A stretch of 64,000 bases of DNA. Source: a virus (taxonomy: Duplodnaviria; Caudoviricetes). The notes under the pieces were generated by a model. The model was not told the origin of the DNA, made no database searches, and saw only the letters and a list, made by a program, of their open reading frames with translations. The stretch lies in the IMG/VR virus record IMGVR_UViG_3300031760_000050, positions 3,744-67,743 of that record. One strand, written 5' to 3'. This document shows positions 39,201 to 48,659 of the stretch, in pieces (within the stretch, counting starts at the first letter, position 1; each line of letters starts with the position of its first letter). Made by a program: the position numbers and the translations under genes.

Positions 39201-39959
39201 AACGCTGGTGAAATTATGTACCGTGAAAACTCTTCTGGTATGATGGAACCAATTGTGCTTCACTACGCAGGCGAACCAATTCTTGATAAGTTCGATAAAG
39301 ACGGTAATCTTATCTTGGCTAAAGATCCTGAAACTACGTTCATCCTGGCGAACGTTCCGCTCGTTTCTATAACGGCAATTCTGGATAATGAAACTCGCGA
39401 AATGATGTACACGCTGTTCTCGAATACAATCCAGACAATCAAGGATAAGGTTCTTTCGAAGTTCATTGAGAATAACCAAATCGTTTGCTCGATTTACAAC
39501 ACAGTAGGTCCTGCTTCGAAGTACGTTCAGGGCTACAAAAACCAGTTCTCAAGACTCAAGAATCTTGATATTTCAATCTCGATTAACGTTCGCTTCAAGA
39601 ATACGATTAAGGACAATGATACTTCAATCGTGTCTGAAATAAAAAATTCCATCGTAAGTTATCTTCAGCAAGCAGTTGCCGATACTGGTAACCTCTATAT
39701 GTACGATATGCTGGAGTACATCAAAAACTTGTACAACGACATTGAATACATTGAGTTCGATAGTATCAATGGAGAATCTTCTGAAGTACAGACCGTTCAG
39801 AATGAGGATAACGATGAAAATGGGAGTGAAATCCCTGAGTACATCACCGTTGCTCAGACATTGGATAAAGATGCGTTCTGCGCAGATGGGACGATTATCT
39901 TAACGCCAAACATCGACGTAAACGTCGTTTCACTATATAAGGAGATGAATGATGAGTAA
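36213..39959 (+). CDS. Baseplate wedge protein, T4 gp6-like
   Basis: GIIGL...SIYTEAA, IYTTNGKDGN, SSGGEDMPTIDSIRQ, IEYIEFDSING. Confidence 0.75.
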   Translation: MAVTDMLDITEYGKSSANLKAKFIDTLRARFDSSRTDGAEPSPLNAGIIGLTLDMNANAIEDAYFESVTRGKEIFVASAKFDDSIYTEAASCKINEFFAKPAAIDILIGIPTSDIVDHAIPVSGGAYSKITLSAKTHFILDNYVYMLDYPVDITYKKTQNSEKSIFSCKYVLTNPNQFSDVNSTYIVGVIQVVDGMEYYVFKVRAHQVKLTSERQVFLGRANATDIFEYDYENQLAGFEVFWRQNNKQSWTKLENIYNGMLVSKDQKIAYYRLGDQKIEISFPNASNKWHPEINNQFLINIYTTNGKDGNFNYISSDVAILLQQDSGEVYEAAFSGITPAIQLASSTSSGGEDMPTIDSIRQRVISFKASREVIISDKDLLRIIKQYGFNIVKQRDDILMRQFVTYALLQNKAKGFTLPGRTSEIQVGVNELQKFNETDSLGVPSSDVFQFWLADDAESENISRFVCKQPQTIETTSTAKTDAYRMSVGSSHNVEFLDNKGAETAVMVLADNMEFESNRIYDNETICFYGENVNEFKLGNYKTTNTVEIYLMSNTNDVLVKLNLGYDDEVLNRVTIKKGFRYRIKWNLNKWILVNAEDPLAIDDSQFPDEDGKLPTIQYLEMPAVQNVGTEFYFVNHTEKTTVTIGYRYVNEFNQNVLKTVQVPVHNVVKFIADYNSQWTIEKIGLETDNLTPTLALKNKNWTVLYQWYEKYGGMLMMCPFVIRVLKNPYMAALYNVCVNTSATTVFKYNNTNSYEKFSVNSISVVRKSILDNYYEVTCALSVSDTIYNAFLETDDMSNFPVRLKVEFLKSDGSSFGYFSLKQMWVDEEVPNKIYFSSRLRTQDMISAKDWIYIDSVEDPDNPEYTYIVPTDESTFLDGKIKPSAPQRLAFSSKLRVNVIYQPDFEITNEESGHLLTDDEKNNLFIVSDIFETEDEINFVQNVSDIFATRLNVIKTAGEYFKYSNDIYQRYEKTEYKKDENGMYDTDANGDFIILHNAGEIMYRENSSGMMEPIVLHYAGEPILDKFDKDGNLILAKDPETTFILANVPLVSITAILDNETREMMYTLFSNTIQTIKDKVLSKFIENNQIVCSIYNTVGPASKYVQGYKNQFSRLKNLDISISINVRFKNTIKDNDTSIVSEIKNSIVSYLQQAVADTGNLYMYDMLEYIKNLYNDIEYIEFDSINGESSEVQTVQNEDNDENGSEIPEYITVAQTLDKDAFCADGTIILTPNIDVNVVSLYKEMNDE

Positions 39960-41757
39960 TTTCTTTGGAGATACATCAACTGAGACAAAGAAACCTGCGC
40001 TCAATCCTGACGTTGCAGCGCAGAGGAAAAAAGAATACGAAGGTATCAAAAACTTCAATGCTGCGCTTCAGATGCGTATGGAAGGCGCAATGCAGAATCC
40101 TATCATGAGTGGATTCCAGAAAGTATCTGGTAGTACAATCACGAAGGACGTTCCAAGTGTTGTGAATCATCAAGACATCGCCAAAGCTGCGTATGCTTGT
40201 CGTGCGCAGTTCGAAGATGCCTTAAAACGCTCGCTTTTCTGCAATACGCTTAATACAATCTGTCTTGAGTCTTGCCCTCTCGACGATAAAGTTGTCAGTA
40301 ATTCAAACGTACGCAGAGCGTCTTACGGGATGATTCGCGCCATGTTTGAAGACTGCGAAGACAATCTCAAATCATTTACAAAGGCTTGTGAGAAAAATGA
40401 AGTTCCTACCTTCATTCAGGAGATTTGGGAATGTGCTTGTGAATGTGCACGAATTGAAACTGATTGGCGTTTTAACCCTGACCGTATTATGAGCTTCTGC
40501 GGTAATGATGGTAATCGTCTTCAGGAAGTTCTGCAGAATGAGTGTGCAAATGTGAATCTGCAGAACTCAGTGCTGGCAAATCAGTATAGTAACCTTGCTA
40601 CGATGCTCATTATTGAGAACGAGGATGTCATCGCCGAAATCAAAAATAAGGTGAACTCTGACATCAATCAGTACAAAGAGAACGCGCAGAAAATCAATGA
40701 TGCGAAAGCGAGCGTAAAAGAAAATCTTGACTCTGCAAACAAGGTTGAAGATGGAAAACCGTCTGCTGACACAAGTGACCCGAACGCTGGTGGAACCAAT
40801 GATAATCCTGATTCAAACGGTAACGGAAGCGGTGATACAAACAGCACTAGTCCTGACGCTAATAGCAGTGGTGATGAAGGTGCTGCTGCTGCGAATACGG
40901 ATACAATGCCTGGTCAGACCGACAACAACGGAGAAGGTAACGCTGATGGTGGCGACACCGCGTCTGCACAGAATGACCTTGACAAACTTAAGAATCAGGC
41001 TGGAGCAGCTGCTGGTGGTGAAGGCGGAGAACAGCCGACTCAGACTACTGATAATCAAACCGATGGTTCTCAACAGCCAGCAAACGGTGCAAATACCCAG
41101 CCTCCGCTTATGGCTCCTGATACTGGAGGTAGTAGTACTACTAATGAAGGAGACGACCTTGGTGGAGATGCTAGTTCTCAGGCAGTAAATACAGTTCAGG
41201 TTGACCCTGAAACTGAACGTGCTGTTGAGGACGCCACAACGTTTGCTATGAAAAATAAGCATACGTTCAATACTGGCGATGAGAAATTCGCCGAACTTCG
41301 CAAGAAGTATGCTGCCGAGATGACGCGTGCAATGTCTGCGAATAACATGGAAGAACTCCAGAAAGTTCGTGACAAAATATCATTCACTTATGACCGCTTC
41401 AAGCAAGTCAACAACGCATCGAACAACAAGTATTCTTCTACACTCCAGAAGTTCGGCGAAATCAATAACTCCATCAAGTTTGAGATTGGTCGCCGCGTAT
41501 CAGAGCAGGTACAGGTCGCTCAGGAATCACACAACGTTCTCGAAGCACTTGTGTTGAAGATTGCTAAACGTAAGATGGCAGCTAACGCACTTAAAATGGA
41601 GAGTGGTGACGACCCGCTTTCTATGCAGGACAAATATACCGCAGTGCAGGAAGCCGTTATGAACGACACGATTCTTGAGACATTCAATACACTCAAGATT
41701 ATTCCGTCAAATAAAGCTGATGGAATGCGTACATTCATCAAAGGTTTGAGAGTGTAA
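39949..41757 (+). CDS. Probable virion protein with G/D/N/T low-complexity core
   Basis: Coupled to baseplate gene; helical ends with disordered middle. Confidence 0.55.
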   Translation: MMSNFFGDTSTETKKPALNPDVAAQRKKEYEGIKNFNAALQMRMEGAMQNPIMSGFQKVSGSTITKDVPSVVNHQDIAKAAYACRAQFEDALKRSLFCNTLNTICLESCPLDDKVVSNSNVRRASYGMIRAMFEDCEDNLKSFTKACEKNEVPTFIQEIWECACECARIETDWRFNPDRIMSFCGNDGNRLQEVLQNECANVNLQNSVLANQYSNLATMLIIENEDVIAEIKNKVNSDINQYKENAQKINDAKASVKENLDSANKVEDGKPSADTSDPNAGGTNDNPDSNGNGSGDTNSTSPDANSSGDEGAAAANTDTMPGQTDNNGEGNADGGDTASAQNDLDKLKNQAGAAAGGEGGEQPTQTTDNQTDGSQQPANGANTQPPLMAPDTGGSSTTNEGDDLGGDASSQAVNTVQVDPETERAVEDATTFAMKNKHTFNTGDEKFAELRKKYAAEMTRAMSANNMEELQKVRDKISFTYDRFKQVNNASNNKYSSTLQKFGEINNSIKFEIGRRVSEQVQVAQESHNVLEALVLKIAKRKMAANALKMESGDDPLSMQDKYTAVQEAVMNDTILETFNTLKIIPSNKADGMRTFIKGLRV

Positions 41758-41803
41758 AATATCTGGCACCCATATGGGTGCCAGTGTTTTGTGTGATGAT
41801 TTA

Positions 41804-42151
41804 TTAATCTTTGAAAAGTGAACGCGCTCGTTTAGCAGCGTTCTTTGAACGACGTTTACGTCTCTCTTCTTTCTGAGTCTTAAATCTAGCAATAGTTTCA
41901 ATAGCCGCTTTAACTTCGGTCTCATCGACTTTATGCTTCTCTGAACTCTCAATACACATTAGCATTCTCTTAAAGAACGAATGAGGTCTCTCCTTTGACG
42001 ATTGAACTCTATAGAGTTCCTTCATGACGTCTTCAGGTACGTCACACAAGCATTTCACTTGTCCACTAGTACAATATTCAATCTGCTCTACTAATAAATC
42101 ATCAGGAGTATTATTAGTAACAGCAATAAATATGAGATGATTTTTACCCAT
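41804..42151 (-). CDS. Hypothetical protein, 115 aa, basic C-terminus
   Basis: AGGAG SD. Confidence 0.7.
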   Translation of the reverse strand: MGKNHLIFIAVTNNTPDDLLVEQIEYCTSGQVKCLCDVPEDVMKELYRVQSSKERPHSFFKRMLMCIESSEKHKVDETEVKAAIETIARFKTQKEERRKRRSKNAAKRARSLFKD

Positions 42152-42276
42152 ATGGTTACTCCTTTCGTTATATAAAAGTTCTGGTAAATCACATTTATTG
42201 ATTATATGTAGTATATATTATCTTTATGGTGCTATAGAAAAAGAAACATGCGCTAATTCGTTATAGGAGGAATCAT

Positions 42277-43080
42277 ATGGAAAGAATGATTCTTAGAGTA
42301 GGCGTGCATAAAAGCACAACCGACGAGGCTCTTCATATGCTCTTGCGGCATTTGAAGAATTTCAAGAAACCTGTTACTGTCGATGTACAATCAGATTCAC
42401 TTACTGATTCTGATAAAGAAAAGGTATGCGCTATGATTACTATCGACACCGACCCAAACAACGCACGCACAAATGAATTATGTGGTGGAACTGGTTTCAT
42501 AGCTGAGTTTGAGGATGGAGGAACGCCTGACAGTTTGAGAGACTTCTTTGAAAGTCTCTTTAAGACGCTCAACTGTGTACCTGGATTTTCAGATACATTT
42601 GACGAAGATGCCTTTGCTCGCTACACAAAGCAGTATACCTTCGATTGGGAAGCTGACCGCAAACACGAAGTTAAGGTGCAAAAATTATTGGCACAAGGAA
42701 AGGCTCTTAGAGGGTTCTTCGACTTCGTCCAAAAAGCCATGAAAGATGGTGCAAAACTTTGTGTAAATTATGCATCAAAGTATCCTAAAGTGAACCGCAT
42801 CCCTAGCGGTAGCTTCAAGGAATGTATGAGAGATGCATTCATTCCGCAGCTTATTGCAATCCGAAGTGCATATCCAACTTTCTTTGAAGATGGTGAATAT
42901 TTCGAGCTTATCTCAACGACTGCTACTGCAGCAATTGTAATTGAACTCGAAGCCCAGAAATATGGGCGCGATTGCTTTGGTACTGTACCCTACACTGAGG
43001 TTACAAAGGAAGAAACCGAGTGGATACTTGAAACCTTCCGCAATGCTTACATCAATGAGATTGTATGGTTGAAACACTAA
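42277..43080 (+). CDS. Hypothetical protein, 267 aa
   Basis: GGAGG SD, terminator at about 43095-43130. Confidence 0.75.
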   Translation: MERMILRVGVHKSTTDEALHMLLRHLKNFKKPVTVDVQSDSLTDSDKEKVCAMITIDTDPNNARTNELCGGTGFIAEFEDGGTPDSLRDFFESLFKTLNCVPGFSDTFDEDAFARYTKQYTFDWEADRKHEVKVQKLLAQGKALRGFFDFVQKAMKDGAKLCVNYASKYPKVNRIPSGSFKECMRDAFIPQLIAIRSAYPTFFEDGEYFELISTTATAAIVIELEAQKYGRDCFGTVPYTEVTKEETEWILETFRNAYINEIVWLKH

Positions 43081-43136
43081 TCGCAACTCATTGATAAATA
43101 ACCCACGCACTCCAGCGTGGGTTATTTTTGCCTGAA

Positions 43137-43148
43137 AACACTGGAATA
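43137..43148 (+). promoter_or_regulatory. Late-type promoter
   Basis: AACActggaaTA just after terminator. Confidence 0.72.
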
Positions 43149-43165
43149 ATTCGTTGGAGGATATT

Positions 43166-44053
43166 ATGGTTATAGATGAAAATACAAACCGCACGAAGCT
43201 TCCGATTTCACAGTTAGCATTAGCTATGGAAGCGGCTCACGTTACTTCTAAGAGTGAAGTGAGAAAATCCACACTACAAAATGCTCCATTTTCTAAGATC
43301 CCAATGCAACTTTGTTTTGAAAAGTTAGCCGATAACTCTATACGTTTTATCGGCGAATATATGGAGATTTACATCGACGAATCTGATATTGAACGTAATA
43401 CCGAACTTGATGGTCAGAAAGTTCATACTATTGGAATCTTCGAAATGCATATCTGGACAAAAGCCGGAGTTCAGAATATCGCTGATACTAAACCTACCTA
43501 TATTACAAGATTTATGCTCCCAATGATGATTACGACGATTCCAAGTTCAATCTCAAAAAAGACAATGTCTCTTCAGGGTGAGCCTGAGATGAAGTATTGC
43601 GTACTCGGATTCCAAAAGAACAGTGTATTCATTGAGAATACAATGCTTATGAAGAATGCTAAGACTGTCGAAAAGTTTATGAAAATGATCATGGGCGGTT
43701 TCGTTCCGAATTGTGTACGTTATGATGAGTTTGTTTCACTCCTCATCGACTGCTGTATTCTTAACGGTATGGATATTCCTGTATCTGCTACAGCTATGGA
43801 ACTTCTCATTGCAGCTCAATGTCGCTCGAAAGAAGACTTGTACACTCCATACCGCATGATTGTAAATAAAACTGGGCAAATCAGTACCGAAGATATGAAG
43901 CTTATCAAGATGACTCAGGTACCTCAGGTAAGTTCGACATTCGGTGCTATTGCGTTCCAAGATATCACACAAGCAGTTACTGTCGGTATTAATAATCACA
44001 GAAAACACAAAAAAGAAGCAGACTCACCTATTGAGGATGTCCTGAAGTATTAA
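43166..44053 (+). CDS. rpoC: RNA polymerase beta' C-terminal fragment
   Basis: MELLIAAQCRS and SSTFGAIAFQDITQAV parallel the IEVIVRQM and SFISAASFQETTRVL segments of bacterial beta'; late promoter. Confidence 0.65.
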   Translation: MVIDENTNRTKLPISQLALAMEAAHVTSKSEVRKSTLQNAPFSKIPMQLCFEKLADNSIRFIGEYMEIYIDESDIERNTELDGQKVHTIGIFEMHIWTKAGVQNIADTKPTYITRFMLPMMITTIPSSISKKTMSLQGEPEMKYCVLGFQKNSVFIENTMLMKNAKTVEKFMKMIMGGFVPNCVRYDEFVSLLIDCCILNGMDIPVSATAMELLIAAQCRSKEDLYTPYRMIVNKTGQISTEDMKLIKMTQVPQVSSTFGAIAFQDITQAVTVGINNHRKHKKEADSPIEDVLKY

Positions 44054-44133
44054 GACGAAAATGCTGGAGGCGAGTGCCTCCAGTTTGTCTTAATTCGACT
44101 TCAGGATAATCCAAAAATGCTTTCTGTTTCTTT

Positions 44134-45228
44134 TTATGCAACCCTGATGAAAGCGTTCAGAGTTGTGTAATAATCTTCCTGTCTGATGAGTATTTTCTGC
44201 ATATGCCCTGTAAGAATAGGATGCTCCATAGGTGTATTTGCAGAGTTAAGTTCGGCAAATTGTGTATTCTTGTAGAATTCTTCCATGGACTTATCATGCT
44301 CGATTTTAGCGTTGATTTCATCACTGGTTTCTGCGAGTAAATTTATATTTGCGAAACAATCATCTTCGATGGTAGTCATACCAACTTCAGATGCCAATCG
44401 AACAGCTTTTCTTGAATAGCTTATAGATGCTGCGGGCGTCTTATTTTTAAGTAAACGAGTTAATCCGCCATTGTATGCTTTACAAGCAGATGAGAAATCT
44501 CCAGTGTAACTTACAAGCCATTTGATATAGTTTACACCAAGCTTTAGAATATGCAGCTGATTGTCTCTATCGAATGCCTCGTACTCATTATCGAAATAGA
44601 AGTGAGTTTGTAAGAATCGGCGACCGTTCTCGGTATTCGGGTCAATATTACATGAGTTAATACCCATAAGACCAAAATCAGTTGTACCATTCTTATTGGT
44701 TACAAGAGATTCGAAGAACTCATAGTTGACAGTCTCGATTTTCGAAATCGCGTAGATGTAGTTGATAGGAACGTCCTGTTTCAATGACTCATTTACGATA
44801 GCGTATAAAAACTTGCTCGGTATCTTTTTTCTCCAAACTCCACAAATCTCTGTGTACTTTTCATACGTTACGATATGTGTCATATCCTTCGCAACTTCAA
44901 GTTCATACTTTACATAAGCCATGTACCAATCGACGTCGAGAAACTGAGTTTCATCATCAACGTATAATGCTCTTGGCATATAATCCGTTTCGACGTCGTT
45001 CATTACTCTCAATACCATGGCGTCTGTTACCGAGTTCTGCTCATGAATGAGCTTAAGAATCGGGTCTTCTTTGGTTACCTTGAAGTCTGCAAACTGTTCC
45101 CATCTTTCAACGATAGTTCCGGAATACTGCGGTTGCGAAGACGGAGCTGTCGCAACTACGAACGTTAATAAACCTACGCATACCATAATAGTAAGCGTAG
45201 AAACGATAAGGGCAATACGAGTTTTCAT
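44134..45228 (-). CDS. SLT-family lytic transglycosylase with N-terminal membrane anchor
   Basis: AISKIET (catalytic E), NKNGTTDFGLMGIN, AYNGG; hydrophobic residues 5-26. Confidence 0.85.
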   Translation of the reverse strand: MKTRIALIVSTLTIMVCVGLLTFVVATAPSSQPQYSGTIVERWEQFADFKVTKEDPILKLIHEQNSVTDAMVLRVMNDVETDYMPRALYVDDETQFLDVDWYMAYVKYELEVAKDMTHIVTYEKYTEICGVWRKKIPSKFLYAIVNESLKQDVPINYIYAISKIETVNYEFFESLVTNKNGTTDFGLMGINSCNIDPNTENGRRFLQTHFYFDNEYEAFDRDNQLHILKLGVNYIKWLVSYTGDFSSACKAYNGGLTRLLKNKTPAASISYSRKAVRLASEVGMTTIEDDCFANINLLAETSDEINAKIEHDKSMEEFYKNTQFAELNSANTPMEHPILTGHMQKILIRQEDYYTTLNAFIRVA

Positions 45229-45244
45229 TTTACTCCTCCCAAAG

Positions 45245-45256
45245 TAAAGTGATGTT
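45245..45256 (-). promoter_or_regulatory. Late-type promoter
   Basis: AACAtcacttTA before SLT gene SD. Confidence 0.7.
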
Positions 45257-45337
45257 ATATTTGGTTTATTTTCCACAAAAAGTGCAGAAAATGAGCGGGT
45301 CGTAAATCAACACGCTTTTAACCACAAGTGTCAGGGT

Positions 45338-45349
45338 CATTATGTATAT
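45338..45349 (-). promoter_or_regulatory. Early-type promoter motif
   Basis: ATATACATAATG. Confidence 0.55.
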
Positions 45350-45361
45350 TCAACGGTTCGA

Positions 45362-45373
45362 AACGTTAGAGTA
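45362..45373 (+). promoter_or_regulatory. Variant late-type promoter (AACG) for sheath-tube operon
   Basis: AACGttagagTA; one mismatch. Confidence 0.45.
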
Positions 45374-45418
45374 TCTGTGATGATATGTCTCAATTAACTA
45401 TCAAGAGAGGTGAATAGT

Positions 45419-47590
45419 ATGGCAACCGAAGTTGCAACCAGTTATATTCACTCCCGCATTGTGACGAAAATAATCGACAATTCTATTGTCGAGGAAGAGG
45501 TTAATGTACCTGTAGGGTTCATCCTGTTCCAGCCTTACTTCTCTACATCCGGAGAGGATAACCACGTTATCCTTTGGGATAAGGAGACGGAGTTCGTCAG
45601 GGAGAATGGTAATCCGAATATCACTACTCATGGACAGCATATATACAATGCCATTCAATGGCTGAAAGGTGGCGGAAAGCTCCTTGGACTTCGCCTCACC
45701 GCAAATGATGCTCGTCCTGCATTTGCTGTCCTTAACGTCCGTACAAAACACGTGGCGAATTATACCGTGGATTGTCCGTTCCATACGGCAGACCCGAACG
45801 CCGAAGATACTTCGCTTAACTGTGAAGAGCGTGGAAAGGAAGACAACGACACCGAGTTCTGTGCAAAATACAGAACAACGGCGCTGCGCATCAGCACAAC
45901 GTTCACACCAATTCCTCCTGAGCTTATCACTAACGACATTATGTCGATGTCTGAGAACCTCATGCTCAAGCAGCTTATGGCTACTATTAAGAGCGAGGCT
46001 GAGAAGCTCAACACACCTACAAACTATGCGGCTGCGTCTGAGGATATGAAGAAACTTCACACCGAAGGGTGGACAAACCACTTCCTCACAATCTTCAAGA
46101 TTAACGGCGCTGGTAAGTTCGGCAATGATTACGGTCTTACTTTTTCACTCGACCAGACTCGTGAGGAAGACCTTGAGGATTCACGTCGCTATTTCTATAC
46201 CGTATACAAGCGCGATGAAAACGGCAACCTTGAGAAAAAGACAACACCGTATTCTATTTCGTTTAACCCGAGCGCAACAGACTCTACTGGCTTGCAGTCA
46301 GAGTTCATCGACACTGTCGTGAAGTCTGAGGACTACCAGAAAGAGTTTACAGGCATCGGCGTCTACACAGACGAGAAAGAGTATAATAAGCTCTTCGAAC
46401 TCTTCGGTAAATACATTGCACCGGTTACCTGCTCAAAGGTTCCTGCGAATACAGTAATTCCGAAGCTTGGCGATGATGCTCGCTTTGTTGATTTCTTCAC
46501 ACTGGTTGACCGGGAAGGAAACTCTTACAAGAGATTCCTCGACCCGACTGCAGAAGAGAAAGCTGCTATGGAAACTGCAGGAGTTCCAGACATGGACTTC
46601 CGCACTGAGCAGTACCTCATGAACGGTTCTGACGGTAGCTTGGATAAGAATAACTATCTTACTCCGAACCCGGAAGACGAAGACAAGCCGTACACAATCA
46701 ACGGCGTTGCCAACAAGACCGAGAAAGAGGTTGAAGCGGCGATTCAGGTTGTGAAAGACAACCTTCTGTATGACGCATATGCGGGTAAGATTGACCCGAA
46801 CATCATTTCGCCGTACAAGTATCAGATTTCTTGTGTCATCGACGCTGGAAATACCCCTGATGTCAAGAAGCAGATGGTTTACTTCTGCCGCGAACGTCTC
46901 GATGTTGTAGCATATCTTGACTGCTCAGGTGCACCTTCTGTACAGGCAGCTAAGAACTTCCGTGATTTGTATCTCACCGGTTTCTACGACTGGAACGCGT
47001 CATTGTGGCCTCAGGCTGGCGTTGCATACGATATCTACACTAAACGTAATATCGACGTTACCTACTGCTTCGACATTGCTTACAAGCTTCCGAATCTCCG
47101 AAATACGGAAGGTCCGAACCGCTTGATGGCGGGTACGAAGAAAGGTGCCGTTGCTACGATGAGTTCTCTCAACTGGTATCCTGATGAGGACCAGAAGACC
47201 GAACTTCTGAAGAAGCAAATGAACTACGTTGAAGAAGTGCGCCTCAAGCAGTATGCAATCATGTCTACACGTACACTGTACGACAAACGTTTGTCATACC
47301 TCGCGGTTATTCGCAATGCGCACTGTATTTGCGAAGCGGTCTACGTCGGGCGCCAGATTCTTACGGATTTGCGCTTCGAGGAAGTTCCGTCAATTGCAAT
47401 GACAAAAGCAAAGGAGCAGATTACTCGTAACCTCATGTACCTTATCAGCAACGGTCCTGTTGAGAGACTCACTGTAGTCGCATCTCAGAGCCAGCAGGAA
47501 GCGTACGAGAACGCAGCGTCTGTTACCATCGAGATGAAGTTTACTGACTTCATTCACACTTGGAAGTTCAATATCGTGGCGGCACGCTAA
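45419..47590 (+). CDS. Tail sheath protein
   Basis: VIDAG..PDVKKQM, RLDVVAYLD, ASLWPQ..YDIYT, QMNYVEE; precedes tube gene. Confidence 0.85.
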   Translation: MATEVATSYIHSRIVTKIIDNSIVEEEVNVPVGFILFQPYFSTSGEDNHVILWDKETEFVRENGNPNITTHGQHIYNAIQWLKGGGKLLGLRLTANDARPAFAVLNVRTKHVANYTVDCPFHTADPNAEDTSLNCEERGKEDNDTEFCAKYRTTALRISTTFTPIPPELITNDIMSMSENLMLKQLMATIKSEAEKLNTPTNYAAASEDMKKLHTEGWTNHFLTIFKINGAGKFGNDYGLTFSLDQTREEDLEDSRRYFYTVYKRDENGNLEKKTTPYSISFNPSATDSTGLQSEFIDTVVKSEDYQKEFTGIGVYTDEKEYNKLFELFGKYIAPVTCSKVPANTVIPKLGDDARFVDFFTLVDREGNSYKRFLDPTAEEKAAMETAGVPDMDFRTEQYLMNGSDGSLDKNNYLTPNPEDEDKPYTINGVANKTEKEVEAAIQVVKDNLLYDAYAGKIDPNIISPYKYQISCVIDAGNTPDVKKQMVYFCRERLDVVAYLDCSGAPSVQAAKNFRDLYLTGFYDWNASLWPQAGVAYDIYTKRNIDVTYCFDIAYKLPNLRNTEGPNRLMAGTKKGAVATMSSLNWYPDEDQKTELLKKQMNYVEEVRLKQYAIMSTRTLYDKRLSYLAVIRNAHCICEAVYVGRQILTDLRFEEVPSIAMTKAKEQITRNLMYLISNGPVERLTVVASQSQQEAYENAASVTIEMKFTDFIHTWKFNIVAAR

Positions 47591-47601
47591 GGAGTTAAAG
47601 T

Positions 47602-48549
47602 ATGAGCGATTCAACTATTGACTTGAGTGGAACTACGGGTTGGACCAATGCCCACACTGTAGTCTACGATCTGCGTGATAACAACGTCTTCTTGGGCGTA
47701 CCTAACGTCACGCAGAATACGCTTCCTGTAATCGACCCGTTCATCGGCGGTTACGGTCGCGTCTGGTGTCTCCAGTCACCGGTGTTCTTTGAGCCTAACT
47801 TGCGCGGTCTTTGGCAACGTATGGTTGAGCGTTACTGCCGTGGTTTGTCAGGATTGAGCAACTACGAGTTGCAGACGACTGACATTACTTATGGCAACAC
47901 GGCTGAGACATACACTGTCGCAACCGGTATCAAGCGCGGTAACAACCAGTTCAACTTGAAGTTCCAGGAACTTCAGGGTGGACTGTTCCGCAACATGTCG
48001 AAATACTGGGTAACTGGTATTTCAGACCTCGGTTCCGGTTACGGCACATATCACGGCAAGGTTTTCGACGGTTCAAACCTCAGATTCTCTGCCGTGAACC
48101 ATACGAGCATCATGCTCTATGCATTGACGGATAACTCCGGTGGTGCATACGGTCTTGAGTCGTTGGAGTTTGCATGTCTTTGGTTTGCTGCATTCCCGAC
48201 ATCTGTTCCGAACTCTCATTTGGAATACAGTGTTGGTGAGCATAACACTACGGACATTGATATGGCGTTTAATGGTATTTACCATGAAAACAACACAATC
48301 AACACGTTCGCTGCGAACATGCTGCAGATTTCCAACTTCTACAAAGACAACTACGACAACTTCAACCTCGGTCCTATCACAATCAATTCTGCAAGCAGAA
48401 GCGAGGACGATTCAGCGGTCGAGACAGCAGGCATCGAGCCTATGCAGGGTGGTGCTGGTCCTTCTGGAGATTACGAAGGAAGTGCAAACCAATACGACAA
48501 CCTTGTATCCGAAGTTGGTATGGTTCAGCTTCAGAGCGACGGCGAATAG
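47602..48549 (+). CDS. Tail tube protein
   Basis: DPFIGGYGRVW...P.FF, FNLKFQE, YWVTGISD; sheath-tube-TMP order. Confidence 0.75.
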   Translation: MSDSTIDLSGTTGWTNAHTVVYDLRDNNVFLGVPNVTQNTLPVIDPFIGGYGRVWCLQSPVFFEPNLRGLWQRMVERYCRGLSGLSNYELQTTDITYGNTAETYTVATGIKRGNNQFNLKFQELQGGLFRNMSKYWVTGISDLGSGYGTYHGKVFDGSNLRFSAVNHTSIMLYALTDNSGGAYGLESLEFACLWFAAFPTSVPNSHLEYSVGEHNTTDIDMAFNGIYHENNTINTFAANMLQISNFYKDNYDNFNLGPITINSASRSEDDSAVETAGIEPMQGGAGPSGDYEGSANQYDNLVSEVGMVQLQSDGE

Positions 48550-48569
48550 TCGTAATTTATCCAAACGAA

Positions 48570-48602
48570 TTCTCGGGAGCTTCGGCTCCCGAGTTTCTTT
48601 GC
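48570..48602 (+). terminator. Intrinsic terminator after tube gene
   Basis: ctcgggagc-ttcg-gctcccgag plus tttcttt. Confidence 0.85.
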
Positions 48603-48617
48603 TCATTTATTAGCGAA

Positions 48618-48629
48618 AACACTCAGCTA
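48618..48629 (+). promoter_or_regulatory. Late-type promoter
   Basis: AACActcagcTA just after terminator, before TMP. Confidence 0.72.
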
Positions 48630-48659
48630 ACACTTAAAAAGTGTCTTTGGAGGATAATT

